Below, piece after piece: positions 13,620-25,842 of a stretch of 64,000 nucleotides of DNA. Source of the stretch: the human T2T-CHM13v2.0 reference genome, Homo sapiens. Numbering within the stretch: the stretch's first letter is position 1; the number at the start of each line of letters is the position of its first letter. The notes beneath the pieces were generated by a model, which searched no databases, had not been told where the DNA came from, and saw only the letters and a list, made by a program, of their open reading frames with translations. The translations under genes were made by a program, and so were the position numbers. The stretch lies in the NCBI RefSeq assembly GCF_009914755.1, contig NC_060945.1, one strand, 5' to 3'.

Positions 13620-13745
13620 CTTCTTTGTGTGGAGCTCCCAGGGTAAAAAGACCATTGTCGAGTGGATGTATATAGGTTCCCTCATCCATTTCAATGGCTA
13701 TGGTTCCTGAAATTTCATCAAAGTTTGTTACTGTTCACCAGATTC
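13620..13745 (-). pseudogene. FRG1-like exon 3 with nonsense codon
   Basis: ttttag|GAATCTGGTGAACA...AAAGAAG|gtttgt; 126 nt; ancestral frame reads [40 protein letters not shown]. Confidence 0.93.
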
Positions 13746-14074
13746 CTAAAAAATAAAATTGATATTTCAACTTTATATTTTAGTTTTGACACAGAGTTCT
13801 TTGTTATTATAACTTAGTTTTAAAAACCTTTTATTTTGCAGTCATAAGAAATAATACGAAGATCTCACATATCCTTTACTCGCTTTGTCTCAATGATGAC
13901 AACTTACATAAGTATCATACATTGTTAGAATCAGGAAACTGACGTTGATATAATCCATGAAGCTTATTCAGATTTCACCAGTTTTACATGTACTTGTTTG
14001 CATGTATGTGCACAGATTCCTGCGATTACCAGCACAGTCAGGATTAGGTTTTTAAAATACAAAATAGCAATATA

Positions 14075-14240
14075 CAGCCAGGCATGGGGGTGCATGCCTG
14101 TAATCCCAGCTACTCGGGGAGCTGTGAAAGAGGATCACTTGAGCCCAGGAGTTCAAGGTTATAGTGAGCTATGATCATGCCACTGCACTCTAGCCTGAGT
14201 GACAGAGCAAGGTCCTGTCTCAAAAAAAGACCGAAACAAA
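14075..14240 (+). mobile_element. Alu monomer (FRAM/AluJ right arm)
   Basis: agccaggcatgggggtgcatgcctgtaatcccagc...cctgtctcaaaaaaa. Confidence 0.8.
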
Positions 14241-14397
14241 ACAAAAGGCAACATGTGAAGGTACAAAGTGATATATGGAGAACGGTCTCTCTCATGATAG
14301 ACCCCAGCCATCTATTCATGCCTGCTTTCCAGAGGCAATGCCTATCATAATACTTCTTAAAAATGTCTCTACAGGAAGACTTTCTAGCATAGTAAAC

Positions 14398-14695
14398 TTT
14401 TTTTTTTTTTTTTGAGACGGAGTCTCGCTCTGTCGCCCAGACTGGAGTGCAGTGACACGATCTTGGCTCACTGCAACCTCCGCCTCCTGGATTCAAACAA
14501 TTCTCTACCTCAGCTTCCAGAGTAGCTGGGGTTACAAGAACCTGCCACCATGACCGAATAATTTTTTTTGTATTTTTAGTAGAGACGGGGTTTCACCACA
14601 TTGGCCAGGCTGGTCTTGAACTCCTGACCTCGTGATCCACCCGCCTCTGCCTCCCAAAGTTCTGGGATTACAGATGTGAGCCACCGCTCCCGGCC
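14398..14695 (-). mobile_element. AluS
   Basis: Poly-T then gagacggagtctcgctctgtcgccc...gagccaccgctcccggcc. Confidence 0.92.
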
Positions 14696-15329
14696 AGTAA
14701 TCTTAACTATGATTTTAGATTGAAAGCAAAATGAGCAGAATCTATGTCTATGTTTACTAATTTCCAATTTGCCAATAGAAATGTTAGACTTTAGCCACAA
14801 TTATTTTAGCACTTGTTATAAAAGTTTATATCTTAATGTTAAAAAATATCCTCAAAACTCCTCCTAAATTGTACTTTAACTAGAGTAGAAATGAGTCAAT
14901 CATTAACTGGATATGACATATTAAGGAATTCTTGTTAATTTTGCAAGGTCTGATAATGACATAGTATAATGCATAAAAGTAAAGAACAAAACAGGTGATG
15001 AGAGAAAGACATACCACGTTAAGAAATGTACATTTATGTACTTATGGGTAAAATGACATAATATCTGTGATTTTACTTAAAATTTTCTAGGAAAAAATGT
15101 GTGTGGGGGTGTGTATGTAAATGAAACGAGATTGGCAAAACATTGATAATTAATGCTGGGGCCTGGGCACATGGGGGACTAATTATATTCTTCTATGTAT
15201 GGATTAGTTTGGATATTTCCATAATAAAAAGGTTTTAAAGATTCAGTTAATTCCACTGCACAAAATTTTCTATTCAACTAAACATTTCATGCTTTTCATA
15301 ATCAATTTTAAAATACATAAAATTTCAGC

Positions 15330-16030
15330 TAAAATGAAGTTGGACCCTTATCTAACACCAAATACAAAAAGTAACCTAAAATAGACCAAAGACCTAAATG
15401 TAAGAGCTAAAGTTAGAAAACTTTTAGAAGAAAATGGGAAAAGCTTCACGACAATGAATTTGGCAATGATTTCTTATATAGAACATCAAAGGCACAGGCA
15501 AGAAAAGAAAACACGGACAAACTGGACTTCATCAGAATTAAAAACTTTTGTGCATCAAGAACCACTGTCAAGAGAGTAAAAGGCAACCCAGAGAATGGAG
15601 AAAATATTTGTAAACTACATACATTATAAGGAATTAATATCCAGAGTATATAGAGAACTCCAAAAAGACAAACACCACAATTCAAAACTGGGCAAAGGAT
15701 ATACATGGACATTGCTCCAAAGATGATATACGAATGGTCAATAAGCACTGGAAAAGACGCTCAACATCACTAGTCACTAGGAAAATATAAATCAAAACCA
15801 TAATGCAATACCACTTCACACCCATTAAAATGCTATTATCAAAACAAACAAAAAACGGAAACCAAGAAAACCAGAAAAACAAATGTTGGGCAGGATGTGG
15901 AGAAACGGAAACCCTGTGCAATGCTGGTGGGAAGGTAAAATGGTGCTGCATGTATTTAAATGCCACTGAAGTGTACACGTAAAAATAGAAAAACTGGCAA
16001 ATTCTATATTCTGTATATTTTACCTCCACA
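15330..16030 (+). mobile_element. L1MB-type ORF2/3' fragment
   Basis: aatgaagttggacccttatct...gacctaaatgtaagagctaa...ataccacttcacaccc. Confidence 0.8.
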
Positions 16031-16911
16031 CACACGAAACCAATGGAGAAAAAGAAAATTAATCAAAATTAAAATTTCAGCTAAAGATGATTAGAAAGCA
16101 ATAAAACTAATGACAATTTAGATGATTGAGTTATAGCTACAATTGTTTTCAGTAAAAGAAATAATGCTTTATTCAGAATCATTATGAACAGTGTTATGAT
16201 TAGCAAGTCTTTCCTATAAATGTAATAGTTAATAATTGTAAATTAGTTTTATTTTGTATGTTCTATGCCATGTTCACCAAGTACACTTAATATTAAATAA
16301 TTTAAATATAATATCTCATTAATGTTTCGCAAATGAAGAAGAAATTTCTGGCAGACAAGCTCCTCAAAATTTTCACACTCTGTCCAAGTAGTGAAATGAT
16401 ACAATAACATTACTTATAATATTGTCAACTGAAAAAGAAATTACTTTGAGCAGATGCCAGTATTTCTTCTCAATGAGATTTCAAAGAATAAGAAAGCTAA
16501 ATACAGTATCATCAAGAATTAAATGTGAGCATTCTGCCTACTTTCTGCAAGTGGCCTACATTCAATATTTGGAGGTATGCTTATATGTTTAACGACTAAA
16601 GTAACATAACATAATACTTAACGGTGCCACTCGGGGGTTTTAGCTGTGAAAAAGCAGTGGATCCTAAGAACAGTGGGCACTGAAGTAGCCTGTCTCCATG
16701 TCAGGTTACAGCTCAAGCTGTGTATATGCTGCAGACGTCTGAGCTGAATTTAAGAGAATCCGCTCTAAAACATTACTTGCTATTTAGACACATGCTTAAA
16801 GTTATTTCCTTTTAAACCTTAGGCAGATGATGAAATATTCCCGCTGTGTTGTCTCACAATGCATAACAAAGCTTTTCACATATTTTCAGATAGTTGAGAA
16901 TTTTTCCATAT

Positions 16912-17200
<289 letters not shown>

Positions 17201-18730
17201 GTCCCGATGCACCCGTGTCATGGCTGATAAGATACTACCAGGGCACCCTCATTCTAGCATCAAGGCTGTGTGACAGCTCACCTCACCTTCTGACTAACCC
17301 AGTGCTTCTGTGCTAAGGGCCCCCTTAAACCTCTACCTTCATTATGTGCTTGGCACAAAGGAATGATATATCCTAGATTTGGAAATGGAATTTTCTTCCC
17401 CAATCTTACTGTAGTCTAAGTACCCTTCACAGAACTTCTATTAACCCATAGCTTACTTAGCTTTAGTTCCTGGGTAAATCAAATCTGTGTTTTGCAAACT
17501 ACGATGTTGTAAGTTCAATTGCTTCTGAATCTAGCAGAGCTCAGTGAAACTCTTTGCTTACAGACATGCTCATTTTTATTAATGTCACACACGGTATTCT
17601 CCATGTGAAAGACAGAATTTCTTTCATCCTGGTTACCCATCCCTTCAGATCCTTGTGAGGAACCAACAGAACAGCTTTAAAAAATTAAAAGGTTTTTCCT
17701 TTCCCTTGACAAATAGGCACATGCTTACATATACGGCAAGTTTAGAGAATCCACAATGCAAAAGAAGGTGGAAGGACAAAGAGAAAAAGACGCAGAAGGA
17801 CTTCCTCTTCCAGCCAAGATGGACTTGCCCTCCCACCATGACCAACGAGAAAACTGAAACTAGATAGAATATTTGAGAGAACTGTTTTCGGGGATTGGAA
17901 CACAGGCAGAACAGGACTGTGATATTTGAGAACAGGAAAACACAGGAGGCAAATCTCACATACACTTCTCTTTTCTGTCCAATGGCAGTTTCTTGACCAC
18001 ACAGAGAGAGGTAGAGACCTCCAAAAATGAGGCAATGTCACTGTCACGAAGCTAAGAGTCTTGCAGTGCTAACGTGTTTGGAGTTTATAGAATAAGGTAC
18101 TGGAGAAGAGGGAACTACATACAGGTGAGGCCTCAAAAGAGTATGCCCTGGGGCCAAGGGCTGGGGGGAGTGCATACAGTAGGCAGGCTCCACAGGGCCT
18201 CTGCAGAGTGGCTGGCACTTCTGAGGGCTGAGTGGAGATGCCAGAGATCACACAAATTTGGGACATAGCAGAGTGGAGAGAACTCACCAAGTATACCTAG
18301 AACATGTGGCTGGGGCCCATGAGGATGAATCTTTCCTAGAGTAAGAGTCACTGTCTAAGTCTACAGGCAAAAACCTAATAAATAAGCACAAACTAACAAA
18401 GGCCCAGGCTTGACAGGAGCAAAAGGGTGGTCAAATAATTTAACTAGGCATCAAGACATTTAACAGAAATAAAGGTTAAAATGTTATGAAAATGAAAGAC
18501 TGAATTTATAAGGAAGACTTAACAATCCTAAATGTGTACACATGACAGCTTCAAAATACTTTAAGCAAAAACTGCTCAAGTAGACAGATCTAGAATTACA
18601 GCTGGAGATTTTAACATAACTCTCAATACATTGTAGGATGAGTAAAAAATCAGTAAGGCCACAGAAGATGTGAATAGTCACAAGCTCCACCAGTTGATCT
18701 AACTGACATCTTAAGAACACTGAACCACAG

Positions 18731-19042
<312 letters not shown>

Positions 19043-19450
19043 TCTGAACCAAAACTGCAGAATACACATTATTTTCAAGTGTACATGGAAATTTACTAAG
19101 AAAGTATGTTTTCCAACTATACTATAAATGAATTAGAAATCAGCAACAATAACATACCTATAATATCTCTATGTAGTAGAAATTAAAAACAATACACTTT
19201 TAAATAACTCTAGTGTCCATGAAAAGAAAAATCACAAGGAAAACTGGATGATATTTTGAATGGAATGAAAATGAAAACAAAATGTGTTGACTATAACTAA
19301 AACTAACATGGAATGAAGAGATCCAACTCCCTTCTTAAGAAGCAATAAAACAAGAGCAAAGTAAACTGAAAATAAGTTAAATGGAGGGAAAAAAAGGCTG
19401 AAAATAAATGAAATAAAACATGAAAAAAAGAGAAAATAAGTAATACTGAA

Positions 19451-19664
19451 ACAGGCTTGTCCAACCTAAGGGCTGCATGTGGCCCAGGCCAGCTTTGAAT
19501 ACAGCCCAACACAAATTCATAAACTTTCTTGAAACATTATGAGATTTTTTTGCTTTTTTTTTTTTTTTTGGCTCATCAGCTTATCATTAGTGTATTCTAT
19601 GTGTGGCACAAGACAATTCTCCTTCCATTGTGGCCCAGGGAAGCTAAAAGATTGAATAACTCTG
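19451..19664. mobile_element. MER30
   Basis: caggcttgtccaacc...cccaacacaaattcataaactttctt...tggcccagggaagctaaaagattg. Confidence 0.8.
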
Positions 19665-21470
19665 TATTAAAAGATCATTAATGATCTAAAATAAATGATC
19701 TTATAAAGAATTGATAAACCTCCAGCTAGACTAACTGAGCCAGGAAAAAATGGAAAAAAACACAAATTACCAATATGAAGAGACTGCAATACAGATTAGA
19801 TTCTACAGACATTAAAAGGATATTAAAGGAATATTCTGAACAATTTTATGCCAATAAATCCAACAACTTGGATGAAATGAAATTTTCCTAAAAGACACAA
19901 ATTACCAAAACCGACAACAGAAAAATCTGAAAATATCTCTTAAAAAATCTTAATTCTCCCACAAAAACAAAAACCAAACCAAAGAAAACCCTCTAGGTTC
20001 AGATGACTTCACTGGTAAATCCTATCAAACATGTAAAGAAGAATCATACCTATCTTACACAGCTATTTCCAAAAACAGGGAAGGAGACAGCAATTCCCAT
20101 GTAATTTTATGACACCCAATATCACCTTGACACCAAAATCAAATAAAGCCATTACAAGAAAAGGATACAAAAGTCCAATATCTCCCATCAACACCAATAT
20201 AGAAATCTTAAAAAAAAAAAAAAAAAGCACCTAGAAATCAACTCTAGCAATATCCCAAAGGACAACGCACCACAACCAAGTGGGGTTTATCTCAGGGATG
20301 TAAAGTGAGTTTAAAAGTTGAAAATGAAACCAATGTAATTCATTGGCAGAATGAAGAAAGTTGTGTAATCATCTCAACTGATACAGAAAGAGGCACTTGA
20401 CAGCATTAAACATCCTTATGATAAAAACTCCCAAGAAATAAAGTTTAAAAGGAATGTCTTCATTTTGATAAAGGTTTTCTCTGCAGTTCCTACAGACATC
20501 ATACCATATGGTGGACTACTGAAAGCTTTCTGCCTAAGCTTGGAAACAATGCAATTATGCCCATTCTCATGACTTCTGTTCAACACTATGGAAGTCCTGG
20601 ACAGTATAATAAACCAATAAAAAGCAAGACAAGACATAAGGATTAGAAAGAAAGAAGTAAAATGATAGTCACAGGAAACATAACTGCAAATTTCTTAGTG
20701 TTCTATATAAACAAACCACTAGAAGTAATAAGTGAAACAGACGTTATCAGACTATAAAGTCACTATACAAAAATCAATTGTATATCTACATACTGACAGC
20801 AAACAACTGGAAAATCAAATTCAAAAGTTCTACTGACAGTAGTGTCAAATTATAAAATACTTAAGAATAAATTTTTAAACAGGCATGCAATACTGCTACA
20901 TTGAAAATTATGAAATATTGAGGCCCAATATTAAGATGTTGATTCTCGCCCCAAATGATCTGGACTCAATACAATTCTCCGAGAAAATCCAACAGGCTTC
21001 ACTGTAGAAATTAATAAACTAATAGTTAGTAAGTACAAAGTTGGAGCACATACTACCTGATCTCAAGACTTCATGAAATTATAGAAATCAAGAGAAATAT
21101 ACCAACAGAAAAACAGACAATCGATAGAACAGAGTCCAGAAATAGACCAATACATAGAAAGTTAATTGATTTTTTATGAAGATATGAAACTGGATTAATG
21201 CAAAAAGGAAACACCAGTGGTGCTAGCACAAATGGCTATCAAGATGTTAAAAAAAAAAGTAAATCTTGAAACCAAACTCACACCATGCCAAAAATTAATT
21301 TGAGATTAATGACAGATTTAATGTAAAAACTAAAACTATGATGTCTCTGAAAGACAATGTAGAATATTTTCCTGACTTTGGGGTAAGCAAAGATCTCTTA
21401 GATCAAAGAGATAAGGCAGTAACCATAAAATTAAAAAATAAACTAAGCTTTATAAAAATTAAAAGCTTCT

Positions 21471-21715
<245 letters not shown>

Positions 21716-22618
21716 TTAAGAAACTGAAAAGGTAAAACTCAGACTGGGAGAAAAGACTGATAACACCATTAACTCTTGGCAAGGATGTAACTGGAGAACT
21801 AATTAATTCTTGGTGGGAGGGTAAAATAGCACAACCACTTTAGAAAATTTTTGGCAGTTTCTTACATAGTTAAACATTCACCTATCCTTTGACACAGCAA
21901 TTCCACATCTATATATCTACCCTAGATATTTACCCTAATTTTAGAATTGTTGAATTGCCATTTCAAAAGCAATGATCCTTCCAGAACATTAGCTTTCTAC
22001 CATTCCATATTTTATATATTTTTTAAGCTACCATAATTTATGAAGATTCAAAATGCAACTTGCCAAGTTTTAAAAGAGAAAAAAAAAGTATGGAAACAGC
22101 TAAACAGAAAACAGGCTGGTTAAGTGTGTTTGGGCCAGTTTATTTCTAGTATCATTTACAGGCTACCCTGATACTGTATTTAAAATTTTCATTCATTTCA
22201 GAGTTCACAAAATAATGATTTTTCCTGTGAAGATACTTCGTTTAAGAGACAACTGACTTCTACAACTAAAAGTTATACATGTTCAAAGAAAATAACTTGT
22301 AAAATATAGTTCGTTGAATAACATTTACATTAAGCCTTTATAATTATGTATCAGAATTTCCGGCTATTAAGCAGTCTAATGTTGCCTACTAAGTCAGAGA
22401 GTTGTAATTCTCTCCTGTGCTCTGTTCTGATAATGAAGTAAAGGGATCAGTAGCATCTACTGTGCTAAAGAATAAATGGAATTTACAACTGTAGGTAATA
22501 TTTAAGCACTTTAAGACTAATATGAGTACATCATAAATTTCTAACTAGGAAAATATTTTCAATGAGATCTCAACAAATGTTAACTTTTTTCAGAATAAAG
22601 CACTGAAAACTGACTCAC

Positions 22619-22688
22619 CAACATATCAAACTGGGTTTCTTCATCTTCTTCTCTTTTTCTCTTCTTCTCTTTGCTCTTTTTCTTCTTA
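22619..22688 (-). pseudogene. FRG1-like exon 2 (basic NLS-like region), 1-nt deletion near 3' end
   Basis: ctgtag|TAAGAAGAAAAAGAGC...GATATGTTG|gtgagt; 70 nt; reads SKKKKSKEKKRKREEDEETQFDML instead of FRG1 ...TQLDIV-G. Confidence 0.93.
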
Positions 22689-22879
22689 CTACAGGACATA
22701 ATTTATACAGATGAGTTTAGATATATTGACTTGTGTGATAAATAAATATTGTAAGATTGAAACTTGGAAGTCTTTTAAGCTGTTACATTTATAAATTATT
22801 GATTTAGGAAGACTTACATTGCTATGCCCTCTTAAATACAGTACTGAGAAGTTGCTTCAGGCTTTGTACATATTATGTT

Positions 22880-23060
22880 AAAGTTCAAAGCAGATTGTAG
22901 AGCCACACTGCCAGATTTTATATCCCGATTCTGTCACTTCTTAGCTCTGTGATTTTTGGAAAAGGTACTGAATCTCTCTGTGAGTCAGTTTCCCACTTAA
23001 AAAATTAGGATAGCAACTTAATTCTTAAGGCTATTGTGAGGATTAAGAGGTAATATGTAT
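22880..23060 (+). mobile_element. MIR
   Basis: ctgtcacttcttagctctgtgatttttggaaaaggtactgaatctctctgtgagtcagtttccc...ttgtgaggatta. Confidence 0.7.
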
Positions 23061-23061
23061 C

Positions 23062-23675
23062 TTCACACATTGCTGGTAGAAATGTAAAATGGTGCAGCAT
23101 CTACAGGAAACAGTTTAGGGTTCCTCAAAAAGTTAAAGAGTTACCATATGACCCAGCAATTTTACTCCTAAGTATGTATTCCCAAGGGAAATGAAAACAT
23201 ACACCCACAAAAATACTTACATAAGAATATTCACACTAGCATTAGTCACAATAGTCAAAAAGGGGAAACAACCTAAATGTTCATCAACTGATGAATGGAT
23301 GAACAAAATGTTACATCCATACAATGGAATACTACGCAGTCATAAAAAGGAACAAGTGCTACAACAATGATGGACCTCAAGAATGTTATAAGTGAAAGAA
23401 GCCAGATACAAAAGGCCACATGTTGCATGATTTCTTAGGAAATATTCAGAATAGGCAATTTCACATAGATAGCAGACTAGTGGTTGCCAAGGACTAGGAG
23501 AGGGGGAGGATGGGATGTGACTGCTTTAATGGGTAGGAAGAGATTCTTCTGAGATGATGAAAATGCTGAGCAACTAGACAGTGGTGAACCTCTTGAATAT
23601 ATACTAAAAACCACTGACTGTACAGAATGGTGAATTTTATAATTATGAATTACATCGCAATAAAAAAATAAAAAC
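23062..23675 (+). mobile_element. L1M 3' fragment
   Basis: attgctggtagaaatgtaaaatggtgcagc...gagttaccatatgacccagcaatt...gaatggtgaattttat...caataaaaaa. Confidence 0.8.
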
Positions 23676-24469
23676 CCAAGAGCGATTTGAAAAAAGTTAA
23701 TGTGCAAAGTGCCTACAACAATTTCTTGGCGTATTGAAAGTGCTATATGAGCATTAATTATGATTATTACGATAATCTTAAGACACTCTTGTATGCATTT
23801 TCATCATAAAGTTTTCAGAAGATAACTCACCACTCCTCACAGGAAATTCACAGAGTAAAAATCTCACATTCATTCAGGATATACCTGCCGTTTATTCTGG
23901 CATCTTCATGAGGCCAGACTCCTCGAGAGGGTTCTCAAGGGCAGTGGCTTCAGCTCACTCCTTGATACTTTCTTTCCATCTCGCCTAACAATATCAAAAC
24001 CTTTGTTTATCACGGAGACCAGGAGGAAATGCTCAATATTTGCATGTACAGTCAACCTCAGGCAAATATGCCAGTTAAAAAAGAAACGGGGATATGAATG
24101 CACAGGTATTTTTCTCCTAAAGAGCTAATAAATTACCACTACGACCTCCTCACATTTGGCTCAATTTATTTACTGCATATATGTTCTCTCATTTAATCCT
24201 CACAGTCTTCTAAAGGTATAAAAAATGGTCTGAAAGTATAAATGTATAAACGGAGGTTCAAAGATATTTGATCTCTTAATGAGTAAATGGAAGTTCAGAC
24301 ATATTAACCAATTTCCTGGTTTCACTCTACATATTAGCTTAGAAAAAATTAATCAATAATTTTTCCAGGAAGAGACAATGGAGAAAAGAATAATCCCTAA
24401 TAAAGGAAGTTATTATCATGAACTACAAGATTAGACTAACGGAGACCCACCAGGCAGAGGCCTGCAGAG

Positions 24470-25620
24470 ATGCCTCAGAGGACTGAAACTCGTGGGTACG
24501 GGGCCACGGGTCACCCGCCCGTCTATCCTGTTTCCAGGGTCGTCAGTGCGGGAGGCTGCCCCTCTCTGCACAGGCGCCAGGAACTGCGGTCCGGCCTCCG
24601 TCCAGCCCGGACAGGGGCCAGGGCGAAGCCTGGGAGGCCACAAAGCCGGCTCTCCGCGCCACGGCTTCCACCGGATTCGAGGGGGGTGGAGTGCGTCCGA
24701 AAAGAACTGAGGAGGCTCCCGCCGGAGGTGCAGGACCCACCTCTTCGTCTTGGTTCCCTTGAGCACAAGCTTGGTAGACTTCGCATAAGAGTACTCGGCC
24801 ATGGCTCCGGGACACTTCTGCGCGGAGAGGCTGAAGCCGGCTCAGGACGAGTATGTGACCCGGAGCAGCACCAGGGCGGGGAGGAACAGAAGTGGAGGCA
24901 AAGTAAACACTCCCTGACAGCGTACGTCTGTCCAGAACCCGCCTCCGTCTTCACCCAAACGCTGAATGGCTGAGATTTCCACTTCCGGTTTTCTGCCCCG
25001 GGGGGGTGGGAGCTATGGCAGCCACAGAGGGCCGAAAGGTGTCCACACACAGCTGTTCCCTGGCGTCCTCTTGAGGAGCACTTGAGGATTCGTGCCTCCC
25101 AGAGGTGGGGAAAGCCCGCCCGAGGCGCCGGTGCTGACGGTGGCGGGGCTGCCGGGCGCGCTGTGGAACCGCCTCCCGCTAGAGCTGCGGGCTGGCGACG
25201 GTCTCCGCGGGGGCGGGAAGCGGCTCAGGCTTCCCTCGTCGGCCTGCGGCGGCGCGTCTGGAAGCGCGGGCCACTCGTGCGCGGGTCACTCGGGGCTGTG
25301 CCTCGCGCGACTGTGTGTGCAGGAAACAAGCAGGGAATACCCTGAAATAGAATGAAGCGCCATGTTGAGGGCCGCAGACGTCGCGAGTGCTGTGGGAATG
25401 TGGGCTGAGGTGGAGAGTTACAGGCGCGTGTTACAGGCTCAGGGCTCAGGAAGAAGCCTAATCGTGGAGGCGGCATCTGAGGAGGGTCTTGAAGGCTGGG
25501 CAGGCTTTTGCCCGATAGAGATGGAGGAAGCTAGCCCTGTCTGATGGAGGAAACAGGGCAGAGGCGTGGAGGGAGCCGTGCAGCGCTGGTGTGAGGAGCC
25601 GCGAGCAGGCCAGGCCTGTA
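24470..25620. promoter_or_regulatory. CpG island / FRG1-type promoter, probably bidirectional
   Basis: Dense CpG around exon 1; ETS/GABP-type CACTTCCGG at 24980-24988, GC box GGGGCGGG near 25210, YY1-like CGCCATGTTG near 25358-25367. Confidence 0.85.
24741..24802 (-). pseudogene. FRG1-like exon 1 coding part
   Basis: ATG at 24802 in gccATGG context; MAEYSYAKSTKLVLKGTKTK plus AG; donor GTGGGT at 24740. Confidence 0.95.
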
Positions 25621-25768
25621 AAGCAGAGTGATGGGAACCAGGATAGAGAAGGCAAGTCGGGGTCCTGTGGTCGCTGAAGAATTTGAATGAAATCAGTAAA
25701 CAGGTGAGAGGGATCCATCGCAAGAGCATGGGATGCAACGAGGAGTAGTCCACGGTGATTCCTCTGCA

Positions 25769-25842
25769 GCGGTGGGTATTATTAATCGCGTATGTGACAC
25801 CAAAACGATGGGTATTATTGATAGCATATGTGACACCAAAAC
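25769..25842. repeat. 36-bp tandem duplication (2 copies)
   Basis: tgggtattattaatcgcgtatgtgacaccaaaac (25773) and tgggtattattgatagcatatgtgacaccaaaac (25809). Confidence 0.9.

Noticed and set aside
24431-25544. Overlapping long ORFs across the CpG island
   Set aside because: Expected from stop-codon scarcity in GC-rich DNA; only the first 20 codons of 24431-24802 are FRG1-like and the rest is intron read-through.
25769-25842. CRISPR-like array (36-bp repeat)
   Set aside because: Only two adjacent units, no spacer, no cas genes, and a human context.
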